Source: a virus
DNA: 64,000 bases
IMG/VR virus record: IMGVR_UViG_3300029923_000015
Location: 1 to 64,000 of that record
Reading direction: 5' to 3' (one strand)
Part shown: positions 1 through 7,919 of the stretch, one piece after another
How the letters are laid out: every line of letters starts with the position of its first letter
Numbering within the stretch: the stretch's first letter is position 1
The notes under the pieces: model-generated
The model's database searches: none
What the model was told of the DNA's origin: nothing
The model's input: the letters and a program-made list of their open reading frames with translations, nothing else
Made by a program: the position numbers and the translations under genes

Positions 1-131
1 GAAAGACTTTATTGCCAGTACTATTTAATTCAGCCTATTTCTGGTCTTATATCTTCCCCTTTCTACGATTTAGTCTTAGTTTATAAGACAAACTTAATAT
101 GACGCTTCATATAGTTTTTTGTTGCGTCTGA

Positions 132-437
132 CTATTTTATGCCGCCAAACAGGGCTTTGTGTTTTAATTCCCAGTAGTTTTTACGTTCTTCTTTTGTGGC
201 TTTTCTTACTTCGGATACTTCTTCGTGCCATAGTCCATTTTCTTTTGGATATGTTTTATGCATCCCATTTGAATTGCTCCATCCCAAGCCACTTAATGGA
301 GATATCAGTATATTCGAATTGGTAACTCTGGTTCTTCTAATTACAGCCAATCCTTTGTCTACACTCATAATTATCATTCCGACACGTGCTTGTATTCCGT
401 CAGACATTATTCTAGGTATTGCTTTCTGTCTTTTCAT
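132..437 (-). CDS. hypothetical protein (101 aa)
   Basis: ORF in the minus-strand block with an AT-rich leader; no recognisable motif. Confidence 0.6.
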   Translation of the reverse strand: MKRQKAIPRIMSDGIQARVGMIIMSVDKGLAVIRRTRVTNSNILISPLSGLGWSNSNGMHKTYPKENGLWHEEVSEVRKATKEERKNYWELKHKALFGGIK

Positions 438-488
438 TATTTGATATAATGTATGGTTAATAATAGTAAGTTGCTTAAATCAGCTTAA

Positions 489-576
489 AATGCGTATTAG
501 GCAGTCTTTAGGGTACTTTCAGACCCTCGAACTCATATATTTGACTAATTGCTCAATGTTAGACTTTTTACGCATT
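489..576 (-). promoter_or_regulatory. multi-stem RNA structure upstream of the 132..437 ORF
   Basis: AATGCGTA(489-496)/TACGCATT(569-576) closing stem enclosing AGTCT/AGACT and AGGGT/ACCCT inner stems. Confidence 0.5.
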
Positions 577-735
577 AAAGGCTATATAATTAGCCAGTGT
601 TGGTAAATTTAGGGATTGTAAAATCTATCAATGGGGGCATGATTAAGACTCTCTCCCTCTCCCTCATTCGCATCAATTTATACAAACTTTTTCGCGTTAT
701 GAATAGATAATCACTACAATTCTCATAAAGAACAA

Positions 736-806
736 AGAGTAATACAGTATGTTGATCCTAACGCTACAATCAAGTACGTAATTTTCGAACAATACCATAT
801 TACTCT
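736..806 (-). promoter_or_regulatory. long intergenic hairpin (processing or termination signal)
   Basis: On the minus strand AGAGTAATATGGTATTGTT pairs with AACATACTGTATTACTCT (with G-U pairs), directly after the stop of 815..1321. Confidence 0.55.
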
Positions 807-814
807 AATCCTTT

Positions 815-1321
815 TTAGCCAATTGGCACTCCATTTATTTCCCAACCACCTGTAACGGTGTTTAATACCGGTACTCCTGGAACTGCAACTGTCGGAACTA
901 CTGTTGTATCAGTGTTAGGCGTAATAACCGTCTCACTAATTTCAGCCTTTTCCATCATTGCATCAATGATCTGATTAGCAATAGCCAATGCAGATTCAAT
1001 AGCTTCGCCTGTATCAGGGTCAACCATTACCAATACTCGCATATCAGTATGAACCAATGGCAATACTTTACCATCCTTCTTCACACGAAATGGTTTAGTC
1101 TTTACGACTTCATATTTGCCAGGGAAATAAGGTAATTTACCGGCTGCAATCTGTTGTTTCCATTCAGCCAATCCATCAGGATTAGGGAAGAAACAAGTTT
1201 TATGCGTTGCCGATAGGAATTGAGAGACTGGTGCTACAATAGCTACGATATATTCAGAGCCTTCGTTCTGTTTTCCTGCTTCAACCACTTTGATCTCTGC
1301 AGATTGTACTTTAAATTTCAT
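815..1321 (-). CDS. hypothetical protein (168 aa)
   Basis: Long clean ORF, AT-rich Bacteroidota-type leader, protein-like composition. Confidence 0.8.
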   Translation of the reverse strand: MKFKVQSAEIKVVEAGKQNEGSEYIVAIVAPVSQFLSATHKTCFFPNPDGLAEWKQQIAAGKLPYFPGKYEVVKTKPFRVKKDGKVLPLVHTDMRVLVMVDPDTGEAIESALAIANQIIDAMMEKAEISETVITPNTDTTVVPTVAVPGVPVLNTVTGGWEINGVPIG

Positions 1322-1483
1322 ACTTTATATTGTTTTAAGGGGTTAATAATCAATTTACAGAGAACACTGTCCCTGCGCAATTCCTTACAAAGGCGGCTTG
1401 ACCTTTCAAAAAAAAAATGCCTAAATGCTTCCATTTCAGCCTATGCTCTATTAATAAGTAGCTTGACCCGAATGGCATTATAA

Positions 1484-1529
1484 AGTAATAATAGTAGATC
1501 AGTATCTATCTGATAATACTATTATTACT
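1484..1529 (-). promoter_or_regulatory. intergenic hairpin
   Basis: AGTAATAATAGTA(1484-1496)/TACTATTATTACT(1517-1529) plus inner ATCAG/CTGAT, overlapping the stop of 1525..1746. Confidence 0.55.
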
Positions 1530-1746
1530 CTTCTTCGATTGTTAATTTCAATACCTGCAGCTCACCAAGAGCGTTTATTATGGTCCCAACTCGATTGTAG
1601 AGTTCTGCATTAAGCGCAGCATCCCTCAATTTTATCATAGAGATGTGGTTTGTTGCCATTTTGATTGAATTGAGTGAAGATATCATAACACTTGCTTCAT
1701 CTTCTGACATTTCTAATGTAAATGTTTTTCTAACTGTAAGTTTCAT
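1525..1746 (-). CDS. hypothetical protein (73 aa)
   Basis: ORF co-oriented with neighbours, AT-rich leader. Confidence 0.65.
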   Translation of the reverse strand: MKLTVRKTFTLEMSEDEASVMISSLNSIKMATNHISMIKLRDAALNAELYNRVGTIINALGELQVLKLTIEEE

Positions 1747-1876
1747 TTTGATAATGTATTACTTATGTTATTACTATGTTTTATTATACATTTTAAGCTC
1801 ATTTAAGACACTTTATATGCAATCTGGTATATTAGTACAATGAAGGTTTAGCATGCCACCTACAAGCTTGTATGCC

Positions 1877-2185
1877 CTATCTAAACACCGCGAATGGCTT
1901 ATTGATAGTGGCGATCTCTTTAATTGAACTCGAGCGATAATTATCACCACACTTCGCATCAAACATCCGTTGAGCATCATACTTGTCAGCTGCATAACAA
2001 TATGCATTAACAGTTACACCAGTATTGTAAGTTACGGTGTATTGATACAATTCGATAATGTTCTTTAGTGGCAATGGCTTCTCTGTATTATACTGACTTG
2101 GAGAAGAGCAACTTGTAGCAAGGCATGTTACTAAGATAGTAGCTACAAGAATAATAATTACTTTGATAAGATTAGATCTGCTCAT
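1877..2185 (-). CDS. putative lipoprotein
   Basis: Basic N-terminus, hydrophobic stretch VIIILVATILVTCL, lipobox-like LATSC. Confidence 0.65.
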   Translation of the reverse strand: MSRSNLIKVIIILVATILVTCLATSCSSPSQYNTEKPLPLKNIIELYQYTVTYNTGVTVNAYCYAADKYDAQRMFDAKCGDNYRSSSIKEIATINKPFAVFR

Positions 2186-2245
2186 TTGATATGAATTTAT
2201 ATAGTTAATATTAATTAATTACAATGGTAGCCTGACTTCAACAGG

Positions 2246-2298
2246 GTACATATAAGGACACTATACACGTCACGTGGAGTATAATGCCCTTATAGTAC
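2246..2298 (-). promoter_or_regulatory. 16-bp hairpin upstream of the lipoprotein gene
   Basis: Minus strand TATAAGGGCATTATAC/GTATAGTGTCCTTATA pairs fully using G-U; the same positions are C-A mismatches on the plus strand. Confidence 0.6.
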
Positions 2299-2706
2299 GA
2301 ATTGTCTAAATTAGCCTTTAGAATGAGCTTCTATTAGCGTAAAAGTAGGATAGAATGTGGTCGAGTGCCCAATAGCTGTCTGTATTGCATTGCTGTATCC
2401 TATATCATTACATAGGCAGCATGACTGCAACACTATGCTTATTCTTATTACTAACTTAGTATAATGCTCAATCACATGCATCATGCATATGCAGAGAGAG
2501 TGGCAGTGCTGTACTAGCTCCATAGGTGTCTAAACCAATGTCTAAGTCTTAACTCGACAAAGTGTTCCTAACACTGCCCTAATGATTGTATGAGAGCAGT
2601 CTTACCATCATTATAGTAAGAATACTTGTCCGATCTTGATCGATTCAGACGAATAGACGGGGGACTTCCATCCCACTTCGTTACCCCGGGAGCTTGACAT
2701 AGACAG

Positions 2707-2810
2707 TTTCACGCACGCACATATGTCATCAATTTTTTATTTTACCAAAAATTTTTCATTTCACGCGGTCATACATGTGATTAATTATTTTTTTTAGAAA
2801 ATTTTTTACA
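2707..2810. repeat. two imperfect 52-bp tandem repeats with A/T tracts at the strand switch (candidate packaging or origin site)
   Basis: TTTCACGC..CA.A.ATGT.AT.AATT..TTTT..AAAATTTTT starting at 2707 and 2759; GC-rich GGGGG/CCCCGGG segment just upstream. Confidence 0.6.
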
Positions 2811-2816
2811 ACACTG

Positions 2817-2847
2817 ACAACAAATTATAGGTTAATACGTTTATATA
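2817..2847 (+). promoter_or_regulatory. putative phage promoter ACAAC-N14-TACGTTTATATA
   Basis: Identical motif and spacing recurs at 4666-4696; both copies lie at the start of plus-strand units. Confidence 0.6.
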
Positions 2848-3210
2848 GTCGATGCCAGTCTCCAAAGGCTGAATCACCCTAAGGTAATCAAATAAGGGTT
2901 AGACATCGGATTATAATAGATTAACAGAGGACGTATATAAAGGTAGTAGGTGAGTACTTAAATGAGATAAAGGTCAAGCGCCAAACTCTATGCATTTATA
3001 GTCAATAAAAGGCCGTTAGTTAGTCTATTAGTTTTCTCCGGTAGTATCAAAAGATTAAGAGTACAAGTTAAATGCTGCTGCTAGAAATAGCTAAGAAGGA
3101 GAGATTGCGATAGGCAGATGGGTGAAACCGAAAGGTTACGTACGGGTTTAACGAGGAAGTTAATTGAAAACAAACCGAATAATGGCCGGTCTCAAGGGGT
3201 AAACTATGTT
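2843..3210 (+). ncRNA. candidate large structured ncRNA (~370 nt)
   Basis: No credible ORF; stems 2914-2925/3019-3030, 3031-3039/3098-3105 and 3040-3047/3072-3079; GAAA tetraloops at 3080-3091 and 3126-3137; long-range pair 3011-3018/3180-3187. Confidence 0.65.
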
Positions 3211-3298
3211 CAATTGATAAATAAAAACTAAGAGAAGTAAAACAAAGGCTGTTATAATTACGTTTATATTAATATGATGGAGCTCAAACAATGTTATC

Positions 3299-3490
3299 AT
3301 GACACTAATAGACGAATCAATAGTCTTTGTAATAGCTATCTGTATAGGGTATGCTCTACATCCGTTAATAAATAGTATGATACTATTACTAGCAAATGCT
3401 ATTATGAGGCAAATGTGGAGATTTAATTCATTATTAAACAAGTTAAAAGAGGATGGATTACAGCACCGAATTAGCAATAAGGATAAATAA
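3299..3490 (+). CDS. small membrane protein
   Basis: Hydrophobic N-terminal half and basic tail; follows a TACGTTTATA element at 3259. Confidence 0.45.
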   Translation: MTLIDESIVFVIAICIGYALHPLINSMILLLANAIMRQMWRFNSLLNKLKEDGLQHRISNKDK

Positions 3491-3507
3491 CGCATTAGAC
3501 AAGTTAT

Positions 3508-4095
3508 ATGGAAAGTGATATAGATGATATAACTAAGGTTTCAAATAGGCATAAAGAAGAATATTTAAAAACAGAAAGCTCCAAATGGGCTGTATTAAAC
3601 ATAGGGAATATAGTAAATACAATATACGGTGGAGAATTAAAACCAATAAAAAGAGGAAAAATGGAAGAAGTAAATGATTATACAGTAAATGTCCAAGAGC
3701 AATTAACTATTGAAAACGTGGATAACACTATATTGGCAAACGCAGTGGCTAATAATGTAGGATACGAGTTCGCAAATATGATACTTGTAAAGCCAATGGA
3801 AATAGAAAAGGTCACAAAGACCCTAACTGTACCAGAGGACTCAGGAGAGAAGAACGAAGAAGGTGAACCAATTATGCAAATGACAATCAAAGATGTCGTT
3901 ACAGAGTCCCTATTGCGTAAGGGCACCATTATATCTATACCTGCATCATTACGGGTAACGGAATATAAAGATGGGCTGCTTCATTTGAACATAGGGGATG
4001 TAATTGTATTCCCAAATAAACGTTCAATTGATTTTGACCTGCTTAAAGACTCATTATTAGTACCTTACTACGAAGTATTAGCAAGAACGGTATAA
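3508..4095 (+). CDS. GroES-like protein (start may be 3661)
   Basis: ILVKP...RKGTIISIP...IGDVIVF...LLVPYYEVLA matches the GroES-like pattern seen in crAss-like phages. Confidence 0.6.
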   Translation: MESDIDDITKVSNRHKEEYLKTESSKWAVLNIGNIVNTIYGGELKPIKRGKMEEVNDYTVNVQEQLTIENVDNTILANAVANNVGYEFANMILVKPMEIEKVTKTLTVPEDSGEKNEEGEPIMQMTIKDVVTESLLRKGTIISIPASLRVTEYKDGLLHLNIGDVIVFPNKRSIDFDLLKDSLLVPYYEVLARTV

Positions 4096-4568
4096 TGAAA
4101 GATGTATTGAACGCCTGGTGCGACGGAGCTTGCGCTGGCAACCCAGGCCCAGGCGGATTTTCGGCAGCAATAATATTCAAAGACTCTACTATATCTTTTT
4201 ACTCTGGCTACAGTGAGTATACTACAAACAATAGAATGGAACTAAATGGTTTTATACAGGCCATTAGATTAGTCTTAAATGAAGTATATAATGGATTTAG
4301 TGGAGAAGTAATAATACACACAGACTCTAAATATATAGAGAACGCTATCAATTGCGGGTGGTTAGATAAATGGGCAAGAAAAGGATTTGTTAAGATAAAA
4401 AATCCAGACTTATGGCAAGAGGTATATACCGTGATAAGTAAATGCGAATTTATAACTGTTAAATGGGTGAAAGGGCATTCAGGCATAATAGGAAACGATA
4501 TAGTAGATAGATTAGCCGTAGAAGCTATGAATTTAAAAAGAACTAGTGGGGGTGTAATGGAAATTTAA
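4095..4568 (+). CDS. rnhA: ribonuclease HI
   Basis: DGACAGNPGPGG, TTNNRMEL, HTDSKY, KNPDLW, WVKGHSG..GNDIVDRLA motifs all present. Confidence 0.95.
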   Translation: MKDVLNAWCDGACAGNPGPGGFSAAIIFKDSTISFYSGYSEYTTNNRMELNGFIQAIRLVLNEVYNGFSGEVIIHTDSKYIENAINCGWLDKWARKGFVKIKNPDLWQEVYTVISKCEFITVKWVKGHSGIIGNDIVDRLAVEAMNLKRTSGGVMEI

Positions 4569-4591
4569 AATTTGTTTTAGTTGTGTTATTT

Positions 4592-4634
4592 AAGGAGGTA
4601 CTGGACCAAAAGGTTGAGGCCTCCTTTCTTTTTT
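4592..4634 (+). terminator. intrinsic terminator
   Basis: AAGGAGG...CCTCCTT stem followed by a T-rich tract after rnhA. Confidence 0.65.
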
Positions 4635-4665
4635 ATACAAAGTTTAATATTACTTTATTTCCGAT

Positions 4666-4696
4666 ACAACCTTTTTCATTTAAATACGTTTATATA
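4666..4696 (+). promoter_or_regulatory. putative phage promoter, second copy
   Basis: ACAAC-N14-TACGTTTATATA immediately after a terminator and before a gene run. Confidence 0.6.
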
Positions 4697-4737
4697 TATG
4701 TAGGTCCTTAAACTAATAACCCTACAATATAAACAAA

Positions 4738-4869
4738 ATGGAAAAGCAAGAAGCACTAAATACAATCGCTACCTTATCTGGTATGCTTGATGCATTAAAT
4801 AGAGCAAATAAAAAAGAGGCTATTGATACAGTTGTGTCAAAGATATTAGACCTAATAGATAGATTATGA
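4738..4869 (+). CDS. small helical protein (43 aa, not in ORF track)
   Basis: MEKQEALNTIATLSGMLDALNRANKKEAIDTVVSKILDLIDRL; ATGA overlap with the next gene. Confidence 0.6.
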   Translation: MEKQEALNTIATLSGMLDALNRANKKEAIDTVVSKILDLIDRL

Positions 4870-5471
4870 TGAGCAATATTAAGACAATTAAAGTAATTAA
4901 AGAGACGATGGGATTACTACCTGGGACTACACTATCAAGAATGGATAACACAAAAGACTTTTTTAATATAGAAGATTGTGTTGGAGAAGGCTATTTAATT
5001 AGCACCTCTATGGTCGTATCTCCAAATAGCGTAACAGATGAATTCTTTGAAGTAACTGAATGGTTTGATCCTATTAAAGATCCTAAGTCAAAACAAGAGC
5101 CAAAATTAACCTACAAACAATTGGCTAATGAATTAAAAATGTATATCGATTTGCACGATCTGCAATTAGAGACTATTAGTGAATTATCTAATACAATAAA
5201 TGACTTAAATAGTAAAGCCCAGTCTCAGCATGATGATATATATTCTTTGATTAAAGAAGTAACTAAATCGCGCAATATTATTAATAAAAGAGATAATAGA
5301 ATCGATTCTAAATTAATTGAGTTCAAGATAGAATTAGATAATATATCAAAACAACTAGAGTTAAATAAAATTGATGGACGTGATATCTCTGGAGAGCGTC
5401 TAGAGATGTTAAGCGAATCATACATAGTACATTATAATATGATTGATTTACTAGAAAAGATTAAAGCATAA
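4866..5471 (+). CDS. hypothetical coiled-coil protein
   Basis: 201-aa ORF, TAATG-coupled to the next gene. Confidence 0.8.
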   Translation: MMSNIKTIKVIKETMGLLPGTTLSRMDNTKDFFNIEDCVGEGYLISTSMVVSPNSVTDEFFEVTEWFDPIKDPKSKQEPKLTYKQLANELKMYIDLHDLQLETISELSNTINDLNSKAQSQHDDIYSLIKEVTKSRNIINKRDNRIDSKLIEFKIELDNISKQLELNKIDGRDISGERLEMLSESYIVHYNMIDLLEKIKA

Positions 5472-5848
5472 TGAACAAGTTTATAAAAACCATATCTCCA
5501 GACAATCTAGGTTATGAGTTTTTACGTAGCTTAAATGGATTATTAGATCTAACAGATAGAGAGTTAGAATTGCTCTCTATCTTCTTGGACTTATACTTAA
5601 AGAACATGAAATCCAGAAGAGGTAAAGCTCCAATAGACTCTACGGAGAATAGACGTCATGTGATGAGAGTAACTACAGTTACAAAAGATAATCTATGTAG
5701 ATATATAAAAATGTTTAGAGAGAAAAAGATATTCGTAATAGAAGATGGGATGTTAGTTATGAGTAGAGCCTTAACCCCTATAGTAATAGGTTCAAAGACA
5801 GTCCAAATAACAATGATATTAAAACTAAAAGAAAATGAACTACTATAA
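5471..5848 (+). CDS. winged-HTH (RepL/MarR-like) DNA-binding protein
   Basis: LNGLLDLTDRELELL...KDNLCRYIKMFREKKIF pattern typical of the crAss-like conserved HTH gene. Confidence 0.55.
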   Translation: MNKFIKTISPDNLGYEFLRSLNGLLDLTDRELELLSIFLDLYLKNMKSRRGKAPIDSTENRRHVMRVTTVTKDNLCRYIKMFREKKIFVIEDGMLVMSRALTPIVIGSKTVQITMILKLKENELL

Positions 5849-6095
5849 TCCAACTAGTTATACTAAATGTCCATCTCTATGGTCTAGATTATTCAGATCA
5901 GAAGATACCACATATTATTTTACTTCTGACAATAAACTTGAATGGAAATCAAAAGGCCAAAGGAAAGCAGAGAAGGAATTGGCTGAATACAAAACAAAAA
6001 GAAATAATAAATGTAATCGTAACTTATATAATGATTACTATATTATAGTAAATAAATCATGGTATCCAAAAACACAGACATATATACTGTTTTAG
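5835..6095 (+). CDS. hypothetical protein
   Basis: Overlapping ORF in a tightly packed run. Confidence 0.5.
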   Translation: MNYYNPTSYTKCPSLWSRLFRSEDTTYYFTSDNKLEWKSKGQRKAEKELAEYKTKRNNKCNRNLYNDYYIIVNKSWYPKTQTYILF

Positions 6096-6322
6096 CAGAT
6101 AAGCACAAGCTACATAAATCGGTTGTGTCAATGATTTGTAATCACCCTTTCATATTTGCATCTAGGAGAATATCAAATCCAGATGATGAAAAAACTTTTA
6201 TGTTTGCGTATTTGTTTAAAATAAGATTAAAAAATAGACTAAAAGGTAAAAAAAGAATATTATCAGATGAACAAAAAGAAAGAAGATCTAATAACGAAGA
6301 ATGTAGCAACAAGGGCATTTGA
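6059..6322 (+). CDS. HU/IHF-like small basic protein
   Basis: IYTVLADKHKLHKSVVSMICNHPF...FAYLFKIRLK. Confidence 0.55.
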   Translation: MVSKNTDIYTVLADKHKLHKSVVSMICNHPFIFASRRISNPDDEKTFMFAYLFKIRLKNRLKGKKRILSDEQKERRSNNEECSNKGI

Positions 6323-6434
6323 TTATGCAGTATACAATGTAATTTGTAAGGGAAATAAAGAAAAATCAACTACTTGTATAGAGAGAAAGGCTGGTTGCGA
6401 TATTAGGAACACATTCATTAAAAAGTTAGGCTAA
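6267..6434 (+). CDS. small Cys-containing protein (55 aa, not in ORF track)
   Basis: MNKKKEDLITKNVATRAFDYAVYNVICKGNKEKSTTCIERKAGCDIRNTFIKKLG fills the gap exactly. Confidence 0.5.
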   Translation: MNKKKEDLITKNVATRAFDYAVYNVICKGNKEKSTTCIERKAGCDIRNTFIKKLG

Positions 6435-6435
6435 T

Positions 6436-6618
6436 ATGGGCCACGATATTAATTTCTTCATAGATGAGGATGGGATGTCTTTAAATTGTACCGAAAGAGA
6501 CCTGGATAATTCAGATAAAGGATATGCATTGAAGCAACTTAAAGATGGGTTTAGACTTAGTATGATAAGAAAACAAATGATGGGGATAGTATATATATGG
6601 AGAAGAATAAGAAAATGA
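6436..6618 (+). CDS. hypothetical protein
   Basis: 60-aa ORF with ATGA overlap to the next gene. Confidence 0.55.
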   Translation: MGHDINFFIDEDGMSLNCTERDLDNSDKGYALKQLKDGFRLSMIRKQMMGIVYIWRRIRK

Positions 6619-7046
6619 TAATACATGAGTTCTACTCAGATATATTCCCAATTCAATTTTGGGTTTTAATAAATCCATCACAAGAGCAGATAGATGATGT
6701 ATTCGAACCAAAAGATAGGGATGCATCAAATGAGATAATAGGAAACTGGAAAGCTTGCGTGTCTGAAATAAATATAAAAAAAGACACAGATAAATATGGT
6801 ATATGGGTTGCATTATTAGAGTTAGACAAAATAACGCCTGGAGTATTAGCGCATGAAGCATGTCATATAACAGATACAATATATACTCACCTTGGTGCTA
6901 AATTGATTGACCTAGGTGGAGAACCACATGCATATTTTATGGAGTGGGTAGTAAGGTGTATGGATGAAGCAATAACAGACAATAAAAAAGAAAAAATGAA
7001 TAAGTTAAAATGCGGCGGAAAAAAGAAACCACCTATTAAAAAATAA
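6615..7046 (+). CDS. putative zincin-type metallopeptidase
   Basis: LAHEACH (HExxH) followed by EPHAY. Confidence 0.65.
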   Translation: MIIHEFYSDIFPIQFWVLINPSQEQIDDVFEPKDRDASNEIIGNWKACVSEINIKKDTDKYGIWVALLELDKITPGVLAHEACHITDTIYTHLGAKLIDLGGEPHAYFMEWVVRCMDEAITDNKKEKMNKLKCGGKKKPPIKK

Positions 7047-7051
7047 ACAAA

Positions 7052-7510
7052 ATGGAATTAAGGATAAACAAAATAGACGAAAAGGCAACATTGCCACAAA
7101 TAGCTTCCAACGGAAATGCATTTGAATTAACTTGTACTAATATATCTACGGCAATCGGAAGAGATGGCAGACTTGTATTGGAATACAAAACGGGTCTAGA
7201 GATTGATGTTCCAGATGGGTATGTTGCAATGCTATTTATAAATGATAATTGCTATAGTAACTCGCTAGTATTGACTAATGCGGTAGCAACATTCATGTCT
7301 GATTCTCCACAAGAGATTGTAGCTAAATTTAAGACAAACACAGATTCAGTTCCTGCAATATATGAGATAGGTGAAGTGTTTGCAAAGATGATTATAGTAG
7401 AATTACCAACTGTAACTATAGTAGAAACTATGTCAAATAACGATACGCAGAAGTTAGTTGCTTCAGGACAAGCGACAATAGAAGAAGAATTATCACAGTC
7501 AAATGGATAA
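7052..7510 (+). CDS. dUTPase-fold protein, catalytic motifs degenerate
   Basis: Overall trimeric dUTPase pattern (KATLP, YKTGLEIDVPDGYV, LTNAV, YEIGEVFA) but the canonical motifs are altered or absent. Confidence 0.75.
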   Translation: MELRINKIDEKATLPQIASNGNAFELTCTNISTAIGRDGRLVLEYKTGLEIDVPDGYVAMLFINDNCYSNSLVLTNAVATFMSDSPQEIVAKFKTNTDSVPAIYEIGEVFAKMIIVELPTVTIVETMSNNDTQKLVASGQATIEEELSQSNG

Positions 7511-7919
7511 GTATTATACCCCTACAATAGAAGAACTTTATGTCGGGTTCAAGTATGAATCAAAAGAAAATTTTCAAGATGGCACTGTAAAATCACAAGA
7601 GCAATTCGATAACGCTAAGTGGGTTAAAGAAATATTTGGAATTAATGATAACGCATATGTAAATAGATCATTAAATGGAAAGAATTCTGAAAATGGTAGA
7701 TGCGGAATTAGAGTTAAATATCTTGATAAAGAAGATATAGAATCATTAGGATTTATTCAAACAATTAAAGATCAATATTATAAAGATGATTTCGAATTAT
7801 TAATAGATGATGATTTGTTTATTCAAATTATAAAAGATGATGGGTTTGTATTTCAAGGTACAATTAAAAACAAATCACAACTTATTATATTACTAAAACA
7901 ACTAGGTATAAATGTTTAA
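7503..7919 (+). CDS. hypothetical protein
   Basis: KYYTPTIEELYVGFKYE...FQGTIKNKSQLIILLKQLG. Confidence 0.75.
   Translation: MDKYYTPTIEELYVGFKYESKENFQDGTVKSQEQFDNAKWVKEIFGINDNAYVNRSLNGKNSENGRCGIRVKYLDKEDIESLGFIQTIKDQYYKDDFELLIDDDLFIQIIKDDGFVFQGTIKNKSQLIILLKQLGINV

Noticed and set aside
119-1843. Plus-strand ORFs in the left block (119-325, 196-444, 1220-1483, 1643-1843)
   Set aside because: They overlap better-supported minus-strand genes, and hairpin G-U asymmetry indicates minus-strand transcription.
2311-2523. 70-aa minus-strand Cys/His-rich ORF
   Set aside because: Atypical composition and no AT-rich leader; probably non-coding sequence near the strand switch.
3080-3091. GCTAGAAATAGC identical to the engineered Cas9 sgRNA tetraloop
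   Set aside because: It is only a 12-nt GAAA hairpin; there are no CRISPR repeats, no tracr-like flanks and no cas genes.
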